The notes: a model not told the origin generated them from the sequence alone. A stretch of 64,000 nucleotides of DNA from Minisyncoccota bacterium (GCA_016782605.1 JADHYE010000003.1:6852-70851); one strand, 5' to 3'; numbered from the stretch's first letter, positions 44,028 to 54,165 are shown. Numbers and translations are program-made.

Positions 44028-45247
44028 TAAATTGCGCCTAACATCGAATACATCGGCTGAATCATTGAGATGGCAAAGAAACCGATAGCAGCTCCGATCA
44101 TAATCATTAAAACAGGTTCAATAACGGAAACTAAATTCTTGGTAGCGTAATCTATTTCTTCTTCGAAAAAGTCGGCCAATTTGGTCAAAATGGGCGCTGT
44201 CTGGCCGGTTTCTTCGCCGACTTTAATCATCTGGATAACAACCAGAGGAAATATATTTTCATAAGGACTCAAGGCATCTGAAAGCTTTTCTCCTTTTTTG
44301 ACTTTCTCCATGGCTACCAAAAGAGCGTCCTTGTAATAAATATTAGACAGTACGTCTGAAGTAACCTTTAAAGATCTTATAATCGGCACGCCAGCAGAAA
44401 TCAAAGAACCCAAAGTCCTAATAGCCTGAGCAGAGTTAGTTTTTATCACCAAAGTAGAAATAACCGGAATTTTCAAAAATAAAGCATCCATCGCTCTTTT
44501 ACCTTTTTTAATTTTCGGAGTGAAAGACAAAATGAAAACAAGGAAAATAATGCCCAAAAGAACGAAAAGCCAATTAGTGGCCAAAAACGTTCCCAAGCCA
44601 ACTACTATTTGGGTGGTAAGGGGCAATTCAATTTCCAATTCCTCAAAAGTATCAGCCAGACTCGGCACAACCATGATCAGCATCAAAATACCTATGCCGA
44701 TCATCGCCGAAATTATTACTGCCGGATACATCATGGCGCTTTTTATCTTTGACTTCAGCTCGTTTTCCTTTTCCAATTGCAGGGCCAGAATCTTCAACAC
44801 TTCGTCAAGGTTGCCGGCTTCTTCTCCAACCTTCACCATGTTCTGAAAAAGTCCTGAAAAAATCTGGGGGTATTTTGTCAAAGCTTCAGAAAAATTGTTT
44901 CCCTTAATAATCTCATTGCTGATGTCTAGAATAGCTTCTTTGAATTTTTTGTTTTTTGTCTGCAAAGCTAAAGTTTCAAGAGCTTTGGGCAAAGCAAGGT
45001 CAGAACTTATCATTACCTGGAGGTTTCTGGTGAAAATTAATTTTTCGGTCAAGGGAACTTTCCCGCCGAAAGAAAACAAACTGACAGATTTGCTTTTTTT
45101 TGCTGATTCTTCTTTCTCTCCGACCCTAATTAAAATAAAACCCTGGTCTTTCAAAATTTGGGACAGCTCTTTTTTGTCTTTAGCCTGGGCTATCCCTGAT
45201 TTTTCTTCTCCCTTTAAGGATTTGGCGAAATAATTATAAATAGGCAT
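44027..45247 (-). CDS. pilC: T4P platform protein PilC/GspF family
   Basis: 406 aa with two GspF repeats and 3 TM segments; N-terminus MPIYNYFAKSLKGEEKSG. Confidence 0.9.
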   Translation of the reverse strand: MPIYNYFAKSLKGEEKSGIAQAKDKKELSQILKDQGFILIRVGEKEESAKKSKSVSLFSFGGKVPLTEKLIFTRNLQVMISSDLALPKALETLALQTKNKKFKEAILDISNEIIKGNNFSEALTKYPQIFSGLFQNMVKVGEEAGNLDEVLKILALQLEKENELKSKIKSAMMYPAVIISAMIGIGILMLIMVVPSLADTFEELEIELPLTTQIVVGLGTFLATNWLFVLLGIIFLVFILSFTPKIKKGKRAMDALFLKIPVISTLVIKTNSAQAIRTLGSLISAGVPIIRSLKVTSDVLSNIYYKDALLVAMEKVKKGEKLSDALSPYENIFPLVVIQMIKVGEETGQTAPILTKLADFFEEEIDYATKNLVSVIEPVLMIMIGAAIGFFAISMIQPMYSMLGAI

Positions 45248-45258
45248 ATGTTTTTAAT

Positions 45259-47013
45259 TTAGTCTACCGCTACTCTTAAAACTTCCTCGATTGAAGTGAT
45301 GCCCTGTGCTGCCTTTAGGAAGCCGTCTTCAACCATTGTTCTCATGCCTTCCTGCAAAGCCTGTTTTTGTATTTGTTCGGCATCAGCCTCTTTTACTATT
45401 AATTCCTTTATGGTTTCGGTAACCGGCAACACTTCGTAAATCCCAAGCCTGCCCTGGTATCCTTCAGGAGAATCTTTGGTGGTTTTCGGCCGGTAAAAAG
45501 TAACATCTTTCAAATCTTGGTCTTCCTTTATTATTTTTTCTTCTTTTAATGCTTTTAAGATTCTGTCCAAATCGCAGTATTTTTTAAGATTTTTTATTTC
45601 AGAGTCTTTTAAATTGTATTTTTCTTTCTCCTCGCAAAGCCGCCTGACTAATCTTTGAGCCAAAACAACATTCAGAGTCGAAGAGATTAAAAACGGTTCA
45701 ACTTTCATATCGATAAGCCGAGGCATAGCGCCGACAGCTGAAGAAGTGTGCAATGTGGACAAAACCAGATGGCCGGTTAGGGCAGCGTTGATGGCCAAGC
45801 TTGCGGTTTCATTGTCTCTGATTTCACCTACCATAATTACGTCAGGATCCTGCCTGACCAAAGAACGGAGTCCGGAAGCAAAAGTCAGTCCGATTTTGGC
45901 ATTCACCTGAGTCTGGTTGATTCTCGGCATCCTATATTCAATAGGATCTTCAATGGTTGAAATATTTATAGCCGGACTGTTTAAAATCTCCATCATTGAA
46001 TATAAGGTAGTGGTTTTACCAGAGCCAGTGGGGCCGGTTACTAAAATCATGCCGATCGGCTTTCTTAAATTGTCCTGAATGAATTCCAACGACTCTCCTC
46101 TCAAGCCCAACTGTTCTAAAGTAAATGCTTTAGCTGTTTCCGACAAAAGCCTCATTACCACTTTCTCTCCGTCAAAAACCGGCAGAATAGAAACACGGAT
46201 TGAAAACTTGTAATCTTCAGCTTCAACCCTGAAACGGCCGTCTTGGGGCAGTCTATGTTCATCAAGTTTTAAATTGGATAAAACCTTTATTCTGGCAACG
46301 ATTCCTGAACTGGCCTGTTTTGGCAAAACCATGGCATCCCTTAAAATGCCGTCAATCCTGTATCTGACTATTACTTCTTTTCTCGTCGGTTCAATATGAA
46401 TATCTGAAGCTCTGCCTAAAATAGCGTGTTTCAAAAGAGTATCGATAATTTTAATTACCGGCAAATCCTCAGCTGCTTTTTTTAAATCCTCGACCTCTCC
46501 TTTTTCTGTCAAAGCACTGTCTTTGACTGTTTTGATTCCGCCGGCCTCTTTTTTTATTATATCTCCGAACTCAGCTTCCAAGCTCTTCTGATATTGCAGA
46601 AGAACGTTTTTAATGCCTTGTGGAGTGGTTAATCTCGGTAAAATCCTAAAATCAGCGGTTTTTTTAATAAAATCAATCGTTCCCAGGTCTTCTGGATCAA
46701 GCATAGCCACCTCCAAATCTTTTCCTTTTTTCCTGAAAGCAACGATATTGTTGGAGCGGGCGATGGGTTCAGGAATAATCTTCAAGATTTCATCATCAAT
46801 CTTTTCCCTTTCCAAATCGACAAAAGGAATGCCCAAGATATACGCTTCCATCTTAATCATATCTTCTTGTGAAATGATTCCTTCACAAACTAAAGCGTCC
46901 TGAACTTTTTGGCCTTTCTTTTCAGCTTCTTTTTGGACCTCATTAAACTGCTTTTCAGTGGTTAATTTGGCATCCAAAAGAAAAGCTTTTAATTGTTGCG
47001 GCTCTACTCTCAT
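45259..47013 (-). CDS. pilB: T4P assembly ATPase PilB/GspE family
   Basis: 584 aa with GPTGSGKTTT, EDPIEY, MVGEIRD and TLHTSSA. Confidence 0.9.
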   Translation of the reverse strand: MRVEPQQLKAFLLDAKLTTEKQFNEVQKEAEKKGQKVQDALVCEGIISQEDMIKMEAYILGIPFVDLEREKIDDEILKIIPEPIARSNNIVAFRKKGKDLEVAMLDPEDLGTIDFIKKTADFRILPRLTTPQGIKNVLLQYQKSLEAEFGDIIKKEAGGIKTVKDSALTEKGEVEDLKKAAEDLPVIKIIDTLLKHAILGRASDIHIEPTRKEVIVRYRIDGILRDAMVLPKQASSGIVARIKVLSNLKLDEHRLPQDGRFRVEAEDYKFSIRVSILPVFDGEKVVMRLLSETAKAFTLEQLGLRGESLEFIQDNLRKPIGMILVTGPTGSGKTTTLYSMMEILNSPAINISTIEDPIEYRMPRINQTQVNAKIGLTFASGLRSLVRQDPDVIMVGEIRDNETASLAINAALTGHLVLSTLHTSSAVGAMPRLIDMKVEPFLISSTLNVVLAQRLVRRLCEEKEKYNLKDSEIKNLKKYCDLDRILKALKEEKIIKEDQDLKDVTFYRPKTTKDSPEGYQGRLGIYEVLPVTETIKELIVKEADAEQIQKQALQEGMRTMVEDGFLKAAQGITSIEEVLRVAVD

Positions 47014-47026
47014 TGATAAATTGTTG

Positions 47027-47395
47027 TTATTCGTTGATAGTCTTTTTTATTTTCTCCAGTACTTCTTCCAGGCTATAATTCGTTTTCACCAAATAAGTGG
47101 CTGCTCCCAGTTCCAAAGCCTTTTGTATGTCTTCCATTCCTTCAAGATTGGTTAAAACGATTATCGGTACGTCTTTGATTGCCTCTTCTTCTTTTATCTT
47201 CTTTAGAACTTCAAATCCGTTCATCTTCGGCAAAATCAGATCAAGAAGAATCAAGTCCGGCTTTTTTTCTTTTGCTATTCTCAGTCCTATTTCTCCATCT
47301 AGAGCGGAGACTACATGGTAACCTTCTTTGGTTAAAACTTCCCCTAAAGTCTTTTGGAGAGTGGATTCGTCTTCAATAAAAAGAATTGTTTTCAT
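47027..47395 (-). CDS. single-domain response regulator
   Basis: Receiver motifs IEDE, DLILLDLILPKMNG and VLTN...K. Start chosen at ATG 47395, 5 nt after the kinase stop. Confidence 0.85.
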   Translation of the reverse strand: MKTILFIEDESTLQKTLGEVLTKEGYHVVSALDGEIGLRIAKEKKPDLILLDLILPKMNGFEVLKKIKEEEAIKDVPIIVLTNLEGMEDIQKALELGAATYLVKTNYSLEEVLEKIKKTINE

Positions 47396-47400
47396 AATAT

Positions 47401-48348
47401 TTATTTTATTGGCAAAGTAAACCAAAATGTCGACCCTTTGTTTTCTCTAGAACTAAATCCTATTTTACCACCCGATTTTTCAACAATTGACTTGGCAATA
47501 TATAAGCCAAGGCCTGATCCTTCGGTTTGACGCTTTTTTGCGTTTTCAGAACGGAAAAACCTCTGAAAAATATATTTTTGGTCTTTTTCGGGAATGCCCA
47601 CTCCGTTATCTTTTACCTCAAAATAGAGCTTGCTGTTTTTCTTCTTTAAACCTATTTTCACGTTTCCTTTCGCTTTTGCATAACGTATGGCATTTTCCAA
47701 AAGGTTGGTGACTACCAGCTTAACTTGTGATGGGTCGAAAACAATCTCAGGCAAACTATCTACCGGATTGAATTCTACTTCAACGTTGGAAGCTTTGGCT
47801 AAAATTTCAGTTTCTTTTATTATTTTTTCAACTAAATCTTTAAAAGAGGTTTTTTCTTTTTGCAAGGGCAGCCTGCCTTGCTCTATTCTTGAAACGGTAA
47901 GTAGGTCGGAAACCAGCTCGTCCATTCTTTTGCTGTTTTCTTTTAGGATTCTGAAATATTCTGTCTGTTTTTCTGCAACAGGACAGACCTTGCCCGACAT
48001 TAGAATCTCAATAACCCATTTCAAATTAGAAAGGGGGGAACGAAGCTGATGGGAAACAATACTGACAAACTCCGATTTCATCCTGTTGGTTTCTGCTAAA
48101 ACTTCAAAGTTGCGGGTAATGGTTGTTGCGATAATAAGCAGAACAATACTAATGGCAATAACTATTAAAGCAACCAAAAGCGGGTCCTCTATATAGCGGT
48201 TGCCGATAGCATAAGTAAGCAACGAAGATACGATAATGATTATACCCATTATCAGGAAAAGAAACTGGGGGCATTGCCAAACAGATAAGCTATATTTCCT
48301 GCATTGCTTAATAATATTCAGTTGTTCAAGAATTTTTTTACCAATCAT
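47401..48348 (-). CDS. sensor histidine kinase (two TM, no obvious sensor domain)
   Basis: H-box SHQLRSPL, N-box NLLENAIRY, G1 DNGVGI and G2 GSGLGL. The start was moved to ATG 48348 so the ORF does not read across tRNA genes. Confidence 0.85.
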   Translation of the reverse strand: MIGKKILEQLNIIKQCRKYSLSVWQCPQFLFLIMGIIIIVSSLLTYAIGNRYIEDPLLVALIVIAISIVLLIIATTITRNFEVLAETNRMKSEFVSIVSHQLRSPLSNLKWVIEILMSGKVCPVAEKQTEYFRILKENSKRMDELVSDLLTVSRIEQGRLPLQKEKTSFKDLVEKIIKETEILAKASNVEVEFNPVDSLPEIVFDPSQVKLVVTNLLENAIRYAKAKGNVKIGLKKKNSKLYFEVKDNGVGIPEKDQKYIFQRFFRSENAKKRQTEGSGLGLYIAKSIVEKSGGKIGFSSRENKGSTFWFTLPIK

Positions 48349-48414
48349 TATTATATTAGTATACCACACTAGAAAATTGACCAAAAGACTAAGTTCTACT
48401 AGAATGGGAATGAA

Positions 48415-48594
48415 CGGGACATAGTGTAACGGTAGCACGAATCCTTCTTGCCCCGTTAGAAATAACGGAGAGTAGTGTAATGGTAGCACGAGTCCTTTGG
48501 GAGGATTTAGTTCGGGTTCGAATCCCGCCTCTCCGAAAGAATTTCTAACGGGGTGAAGGAGGATTTAGTTCCAGTTCAAATCTGGATGCCCCGA
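48415..48594 (+). other. interrupted Pro-like tRNA gene (outer) carrying a 100-nt insert in its anticodon arm
   Basis: The 5' part is CGGGACA-TA-GTGT..GCAC-G-AATCC (48415-48444). The 3' part is GGATT-TAGT-TCCAG-TTCAAAT-CTGGA-TGCCCCG-A (48561-48594). The body closely matches the inner tRNA-Pro. Confidence 0.6.
48466..48536 (+). tRNA. tRNA-Pro(TGG), nested between 13-bp inverted repeats
   Basis: Acceptor CGGAGAG/CTCTCCG (C1:G72, A73), loop TTTGGGA. Flanked by CCCCGTTAGAAAT (48451-48463) and ATTTCTAACGGGG (48541-48553). Confidence 0.85.
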
Positions 48595-48607
48595 CTTATC
48601 GAACTTT

Positions 48608-48682
48608 GCGGGTGTCGTATAGTGGATATTACCCGGCCCTTCCAAGGCCGTGACGAGGGTTCGATTCCCTTCACCCGCTCCA
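48608..48682 (+). tRNA. tRNA-Gly(TCC), CCA encoded
   Basis: Acceptor GCGGGTG/CACCCGC, stem CGGCC/GGCCG, loop CTTCCAA. Confidence 0.9.
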
Positions 48683-48685
48683 TTG

Positions 48686-48714
48686 CAAAAACGGCCCGAA
48701 AGCCGTTTTTGTTT
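48686..48714. terminator. bidirectional intrinsic terminator between the tRNA cluster and rny
   Basis: AAAAACGGC-CCGAAA-GCCGTTTTTGTTT. Confidence 0.75.
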
Positions 48715-48727
48715 AGATGTTAATTGT

Positions 48728-50257
48728 CTATTTTGCGTGTTCTACCACTCTGGTTTCCCTGATAACGGTCACTTTGATTTCGCCAGGATACCTCAATTCT
48801 TCCTGTATCTGCTGGGCAATGTCTTTGGCTAAGGTTTTTGCTTTCAAATCATCCACCTCTTCCGGCTTGACGAACACTCTGATTTCCCGGCCAGCCTGCA
48901 AAGCCCAGGCCTTTTCCACTCCCTGAAAATTCAAAGCGATTTTTTCCAATTCTCCCAGTCTTTTCAAATAATTCTCCAAAGTGTCTTTTCTGGCTCCTGG
49001 CCTGGCGCCTGATATCTGGTCAGCTGTCTGGACTATTATTGATTCAAGAGTTTCGTAAGGATAATCTTCGTGATGGGATTTCATAGCTGAAACCACTTCT
49101 TTTTCAACTCCGAATTTCTCCAAAATCTTAATGCCGATATCAACGTGAGAGCCTTCAATTTGGTGGTCAACTGCCTTACCAATGTCATGTAAAAGCCCTG
49201 CTTTCTTGCAGACTCGAGAATCAGCGCCGATTTCAGAAGCTAAAGTGCCAGCCAAATGACTGACCTCAATAGAGTGTAAAAGGGCATTCTGGCCGAAACT
49301 TGTTCTGAATTTCAATCTTCCCAGCAATTGAACTATTTTCTGGTCAAGTCCGATCACTCCCGTGTCGTAAATCGCTGTTTCTCCAGCTTCTTTAATCTGT
49401 TTGCCAATATCTGCTTCGGCAGACTGAACCTGCTCTTCAATTTTGGCTGGCTGTATCCTGCCGTCTTTGATCAGTCTTTCTAAGGCAATTTTGGCAATCT
49501 GCCTGCGTACAGGATCAAACCCGGAAATAACCACTGATTCTGGCGCTTCGTCAACAATAATCTCAACCCCTGTCAGCTTTTCTAAAGTTCTAATATTCCT
49601 GCCTTCTTTACCGATAATCCTTCCTTTGATTTCTTCTGAAGGCAAGCTTATGGAAGTGGTGGTAATTTCCTGCGCCTGGCTTAGGGCGCACTTTTGAATG
49701 GCGATGGTCAAAAATTCTTTTGCTTTTTCTTCGTACTTTTCCCATCCTTCTTTTTCCAGTTTTCTTATCTTTTCCAAAGCTTCCTGTTGGTATTCTTTTT
49801 CCAGGTTCTGGAGCAATTCTTTTTTCGCTTCTTCCATGGAAACTTTGGAAATTCTTTCTAAATTTTCTATAGCTTCCTGCCTAAGTTTTTCCAAACTTTC
49901 CTTAATAGTTCTTAATTTCTCAACTTTTTCTTGGAATTCTTTTTTGTCCCTTTCAAGGATGGAGATCTTCTGGTCTAAAATATTCTCCCTCTTTAATAAA
50001 AGACGCTCGGTTTTTAAAACCTCGTAGCGCCTATCATCTGTTTCTTTTTTGGCAGATTCTAAAAGTTGTTTTGCTTTCTCTTCCGTTTCAGCAAGAACTG
50101 TTTCGCTTTCTTGCTTGGCTTTGAGAACTTTCTTTTGAAGTTTCGCTTCTAAAGTGCCTGCTTGTTTCTTGGCGATTGATTGGCGGGCATAGTAACCCAA
50201 AACCGATCCCAGGGTCAAAACAAATATGCCCACTAAAAGTAGGGTAAATTGATTCAT
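48728..50257 (-). CDS. rny: ribonuclease Y
   Basis: N-terminal TM, a long coiled coil, a KH domain and an HD domain (LLHDIGKA). Confidence 0.9.
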   Translation of the reverse strand: MNQFTLLLVGIFVLTLGSVLGYYARQSIAKKQAGTLEAKLQKKVLKAKQESETVLAETEEKAKQLLESAKKETDDRRYEVLKTERLLLKRENILDQKISILERDKKEFQEKVEKLRTIKESLEKLRQEAIENLERISKVSMEEAKKELLQNLEKEYQQEALEKIRKLEKEGWEKYEEKAKEFLTIAIQKCALSQAQEITTTSISLPSEEIKGRIIGKEGRNIRTLEKLTGVEIIVDEAPESVVISGFDPVRRQIAKIALERLIKDGRIQPAKIEEQVQSAEADIGKQIKEAGETAIYDTGVIGLDQKIVQLLGRLKFRTSFGQNALLHSIEVSHLAGTLASEIGADSRVCKKAGLLHDIGKAVDHQIEGSHVDIGIKILEKFGVEKEVVSAMKSHHEDYPYETLESIIVQTADQISGARPGARKDTLENYLKRLGELEKIALNFQGVEKAWALQAGREIRVFVKPEEVDDLKAKTLAKDIAQQIQEELRYPGEIKVTVIRETRVVEHAK

Positions 50258-50318
50258 GATTCAAGTTGAAATATTGGTAATTCACCAAAGTTCAAAGTTA
50301 AGCTAATAATACGTTTTG

Positions 50319-50347
50319 ATGTTAGCAGGTTTCCTTTATCTTGTCAA
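50319..50347 (-). promoter_or_regulatory. candidate promoter for rny
   Basis: On the minus strand: TTGACA, a 17-nt spacer, then TAACAT. Confidence 0.45.
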
Positions 50348-50351
50348 AACT

Positions 50352-50371
50352 AAAAGCCAGGCCCCTGGCCC
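50352..50371 (-). terminator. intrinsic terminator after the pilin-like gene
   Basis: On the minus strand, GCCAGG-GGC-CTGGC is followed by TTTT. Confidence 0.65.
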
Positions 50372-50399
50372 GGCAGAAAATCTTCGAATAAAACAGTTT

Positions 50400-50816
50400 T
50401 TAGTGGCAAGGATAACTAAACCAGCCTTGCTCTAAACCAGTCCATTCGCTTACGCCAATTACTAGGAAAAAAGAATTGATTAATAACCAGGCGCCGTAAA
50501 CTATGACTAGGCCGAAAATCACGGAAGTTAAAACGCTTTTTGCTTTGGTTAACCCACCAGTATCTCCGGCAGAAAAGAAAAACATCACTCCACCGATAAC
50601 CAGCATTAAAGCAGCAAGGGGTGGCACAAGAGTTATCATGACGAAATCAACAATTTTATCGAACATCAGGAAAATATCGCAAAGCTTGCACGCCTCTTGA
50701 CCCGGCCCTCCGCAAGGAACAAGTCCTTCTGATTGAGCCCGTGCTGCGACAAAAGACAGGAATAGACCGAAAAAAACCAATAATATTGTTAATCTTTTTT
50801 TCATTGTTTTAAACAA
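50400..50816 (-). CDS. secreted two-TM Cys-containing protein, T4SS-pilin-like
   Basis: Signal peptide ...AARAQSE, then VPCGGPGQEACKLCD, then two long hydrophobic helices separated by SAGDTGGLTKAK. Confidence 0.55.
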   Translation of the reverse strand: MFKTMKKRLTILLVFFGLFLSFVAARAQSEGLVPCGGPGQEACKLCDIFLMFDKIVDFVMITLVPPLAALMLVIGGVMFFFSAGDTGGLTKAKSVLTSVIFGLVIVYGAWLLINSFFLVIGVSEWTGLEQGWFSYPCH

Positions 50817-51401
50817 TTAATTTTTAGGCTTGATAACTTTGTCAATCAAGCCGTATTCTTTTGCCTCTTCGGCTGATAAATAAAAATCTCTGTCAGTGTC
50901 TTTTTCAATCTTCCCTAAAGGCTGGCCCGTATGCTTAGCCAGAATATTGTTTAGTTTCTCTTTAATCTTAATAATTTGCTTGGCAGTAATTTCTATTTCC
51001 ACTGCTCCGCCGCTTACGCCGCCTGCTACCTGATGCAGCAAAACCTGGGAATTAGGAAGGGCAAAGCGCTTGCCCTTTTCTCCAGCTGCCAACAAGGTTG
51101 CTCCCATGGAAGCAGCCAAACCAATGCAAACCGTAGAAATATCAGGTTTTACGTATTGCATGGTATCGTAAACAGCCATGCCAGCAGTTACCGATCCCCC
51201 CGGCGTATTAATGTAAAGCTTAATGTCTTTTTCAGGGTCTTTTGAAGCCAAAAAAAGCATCTGGGCAATAGTTGAATTGGCCAGATGGTCGGTAACAGGG
51301 CCTACCAAAAATATGATTCTGTCTTTTAAAAGCCTGGAATATATGTCGTAAGCCCTTTCCCCGTATTGGGTTTTTTCTATTACTGTTGGTATTAAATTCA
51401 T
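50817..51401 (-). CDS. clpP: ATP-dependent Clp protease proteolytic subunit
   Basis: GLAASMGA (Ser), LLHQ (His) and DRD (Asp); 194 aa. Confidence 0.95.
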   Translation of the reverse strand: MNLIPTVIEKTQYGERAYDIYSRLLKDRIIFLVGPVTDHLANSTIAQMLFLASKDPEKDIKLYINTPGGSVTAGMAVYDTMQYVKPDISTVCIGLAASMGATLLAAGEKGKRFALPNSQVLLHQVAGGVSGGAVEIEITAKQIIKIKEKLNNILAKHTGQPLGKIEKDTDRDFYLSAEEAKEYGLIDKVIKPKN

Positions 51402-51515
51402 ATACTTAATTATATTATTTTAAAATTTTTAGTCAAACTTAAAAAATAGCTTGCTTTTTGTTTTTAGCCATGTAAGATTTAAAATTAGCATTCCCAAGAA
51501 AGGAGGTGATAATAT

Positions 51516-52136
51516 TTGGGAAATTTAAAAAAGTTCACAGCTCTCTCTGTCGAGAAAAAGCTTCTGATTATTTTTGTTATTGTTTGTCTTGCTTTGCCTT
51601 TTAGCTTTTCCCGTTCTCCCATAGAAATACTTTCTCATTCTCTCCCTTTATTTGTATATTTCCAGGGAACAGTAAGCTACTGGCTTATTAGCGGCAAACC
51701 TCTCTGGCAGGCCAGCCTTGCTTGTTATGGTATAAGCACGGTTCAGCTATTTTGTATTTATTTCGGAACTTTTGGCATAATGATCTTTCTGAAAAAAACA
51801 CTAAACTGGCTGAAAAAACAATTAGAAAAAGGACTAGTTCTCCCTTTTTCAAAAAATCAGATGCTAATTTTGAAAAAAAGAACTGGATACCAAGCTTTAA
51901 ATTCGTTTGCCAACGATAAAAAGCAAAAGTTTACTGTATGGCTAGGAGAACAAAACACTTGGATCATATTATTGTTCCTACTCCTTCCTTTGCCCGTAAC
52001 TGACATCATCGCTGCTGCCGCTCTGGGAGTAAAAGGATTGAAATACGGCCACTGGTATTTGGCAGCAGTAAACCTACCTCACATATTCCTGATTGTTTAT
52101 CTGCTAAGCCTGGGAATAAACCTCTTCTTTTTTTAG
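51516..52136 (+). CDS. hypothetical polytopic membrane protein, TTG start
   Basis: AGGAGGTGAT (51501-51510) lies 5 nt before TTG 51516; 5-6 hydrophobic segments. Confidence 0.45.
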   Translation: MGNLKKFTALSVEKKLLIIFVIVCLALPFSFSRSPIEILSHSLPLFVYFQGTVSYWLISGKPLWQASLACYGISTVQLFCIYFGTFGIMIFLKKTLNWLKKQLEKGLVLPFSKNQMLILKKRTGYQALNSFANDKKQKFTVWLGEQNTWIILLFLLLPLPVTDIIAAAALGVKGLKYGHWYLAAVNLPHIFLIVYLLSLGINLFFF

Positions 52137-52162
52137 GCGCCTCTTTCTCTGATTGAGGCGCT

Positions 52163-54145
52163 TTATACTAGGAAAACAACAATTAATAGAGCAACGATGT
52201 TGAGAACTTTAATCATCGGGTTTATGGCCGGACCAGCAGTATCCTTGTAAGGGTCGCCAACCGTATCTCCGGTTACCGCTGACTGGTGGGCAAAGCTTCC
52301 TTTTCCTCCGAAGTTTCCTTCTTCAATATACTTTTTTGCATTATCCCAGGCAGCTCCTCCCGAAGTCATTGAAATGGCTAAAAATATTCCGACAATAATT
52401 GAACCAATCAATAATCCGCCTAAAGCTTCAGGCCCCAAAATGAAACCAACTAGAATCGGAAAAACAACGGGCAAAAGAGCAGGCACTATCATTTCTTTCA
52501 AAGCAGCTTTGGTTACGATATCAACGCATCTTGAGTAATCAGGTCTGGCTTTCCCTTCCATCAATCCTTTTATCTCTTTGAATTGCCTTCTTACTTCTTC
52601 AACCACTTTGCCAGCTGCCCTGCCGACAGCTGTCATCGATAAAGAAGCAAAATAATAGGCGACCACTCCGCCGAGAAAAAGACCGGCTAAAACTTTTGGG
52701 TCATCCAATAAAAACTGGACCTTTCTTCCCATATCCAATAATTCCTGAGTATAAACCGAAAAAAGTACCAAAGCAGCTAAGCCGGCAGAAGCAATGGCAT
52801 AGGCTTTGGTTACTGCTTTTGTCGTGTTGCCGACAGCATCCAAAGCATCGGTAGTTTTTCTGTTTTTTTCAGGGAGATCTGCCATTTCTGAAATGCCTGC
52901 TGCATTGTCAGTTATCGGACCGTAAGCGTCCAGAGCAATAATCAATCCTGTCAAAGAAAGCATGGCCACAGCAGCAATAGCCAAACCGTACGTTCCGCCG
53001 AGAGCAAAGCTGATAAGAATGCCCGCAGCAATAATAATAACTGGCAGAACGGTTGATTTCATTCCTATTGCCAAACCAATGATAATATTAGGGCCATGGC
53101 CTGATTGGGAAGCTGAAGCTATTGATTTAACGGGAGAATATTTTTTTGAAGTGAAAAATTCAGTGATTACGAACATGAAAGCAGCAATCAAAAGACCAAT
53201 TAAAGCTGGCAAGTAAAGATTAGCTACCGGTATTTTCAAACTTTTGCTGAACTGGAAAATGGCTGGCAAAAAACCAATGGCTGATAAAAAGCCTGCCGCC
53301 ATCAATCCTTTGTAAAAAGCTGGCATAATGCTCTGGTCTTTGCCCAACCTGACAAAAAAAGTTGCAATAATAGAAGCTAGAGTTGCGATTGACCCCAAAA
53401 GCAAAGGAAGTATGATCGCTTCTGGCAAACTCGGGAAAAACAATCCTCCCAAAACCATGGCTGCCACAATTGTTATTACATACGTTTCAAAAAGGTCAGC
53501 TGCCATTCCTGCACAGTCTCCAACATTGTCGCCAACCAGATCAGCGATAACTGCCGGATTCCTCGGATCGTCTTCTGGAATTCCTTTTTCCACCTTGCCA
53601 ACCAGATCAGCGCCCACATCCGCTGCTTTTGTGTAAATTCCACCCCCCAGCCTGGCAAAAACGGAAATCAAGCTTGCGCCAAATCCTAAAGCGATTAAAG
53701 ATTTCAAATCCTGGGTCAAAAGATAAAAACCGGAAACAGAAAGCAAACCCAAGCCAGCAACCAAGAATCCTGTTACTGAACCTCCTTTGAAAGCTAAACT
53801 TAAAGCTGATTTTAATCCGCCTTTGGCTGCTTCAGCCACTTTAACGTTGGCTTTGGTCGAAACAACCATACCGAGATATCCCGCTAGACCAGAAGCTAAG
53901 GCGCCGATCAAAAAGCCGATTGCTATTTTAAAACCTAAAGCTATCAAAAGAATGAAAAATATAATAACAGCCACAACCGCGCAGGTCTTGTGCTGCCTTT
54001 TTAAAAAAGCCATGGCTCCCTCTTTGATCGCCTGGGAAATTTCAATCATCTTGCCAGAGCCAGAAGAAGCCTTATTTATTTCTTTAATCAGAAAGTAAGC
54101 GAAAACTAAAGAGAAAACGGAAACGATTATTGGAATGAATATCAT
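52163..54145 (-). CDS. hppA: membrane-integral pyrophosphate-energised cation pump (H+/Na+-PPase)
   Basis: 660 aa polytopic protein with [32 protein letters not shown] and [14 protein letters not shown]. Confidence 0.95.
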   Translation of the reverse strand: MIFIPIIVSVFSLVFAYFLIKEINKASSGSGKMIEISQAIKEGAMAFLKRQHKTCAVVAVIIFFILLIALGFKIAIGFLIGALASGLAGYLGMVVSTKANVKVAEAAKGGLKSALSLAFKGGSVTGFLVAGLGLLSVSGFYLLTQDLKSLIALGFGASLISVFARLGGGIYTKAADVGADLVGKVEKGIPEDDPRNPAVIADLVGDNVGDCAGMAADLFETYVITIVAAMVLGGLFFPSLPEAIILPLLLGSIATLASIIATFFVRLGKDQSIMPAFYKGLMAAGFLSAIGFLPAIFQFSKSLKIPVANLYLPALIGLLIAAFMFVITEFFTSKKYSPVKSIASASQSGHGPNIIIGLAIGMKSTVLPVIIIAAGILISFALGGTYGLAIAAVAMLSLTGLIIALDAYGPITDNAAGISEMADLPEKNRKTTDALDAVGNTTKAVTKAYAIASAGLAALVLFSVYTQELLDMGRKVQFLLDDPKVLAGLFLGGVVAYYFASLSMTAVGRAAGKVVEEVRRQFKEIKGLMEGKARPDYSRCVDIVTKAALKEMIVPALLPVVFPILVGFILGPEALGGLLIGSIIVGIFLAISMTSGGAAWDNAKKYIEEGNFGGKGSFAHQSAVTGDTVGDPYKDTAGPAINPMIKVLNIVALLIVVFLV

Positions 54146-54165
54146 AAATGTAAGATTATTGATTA

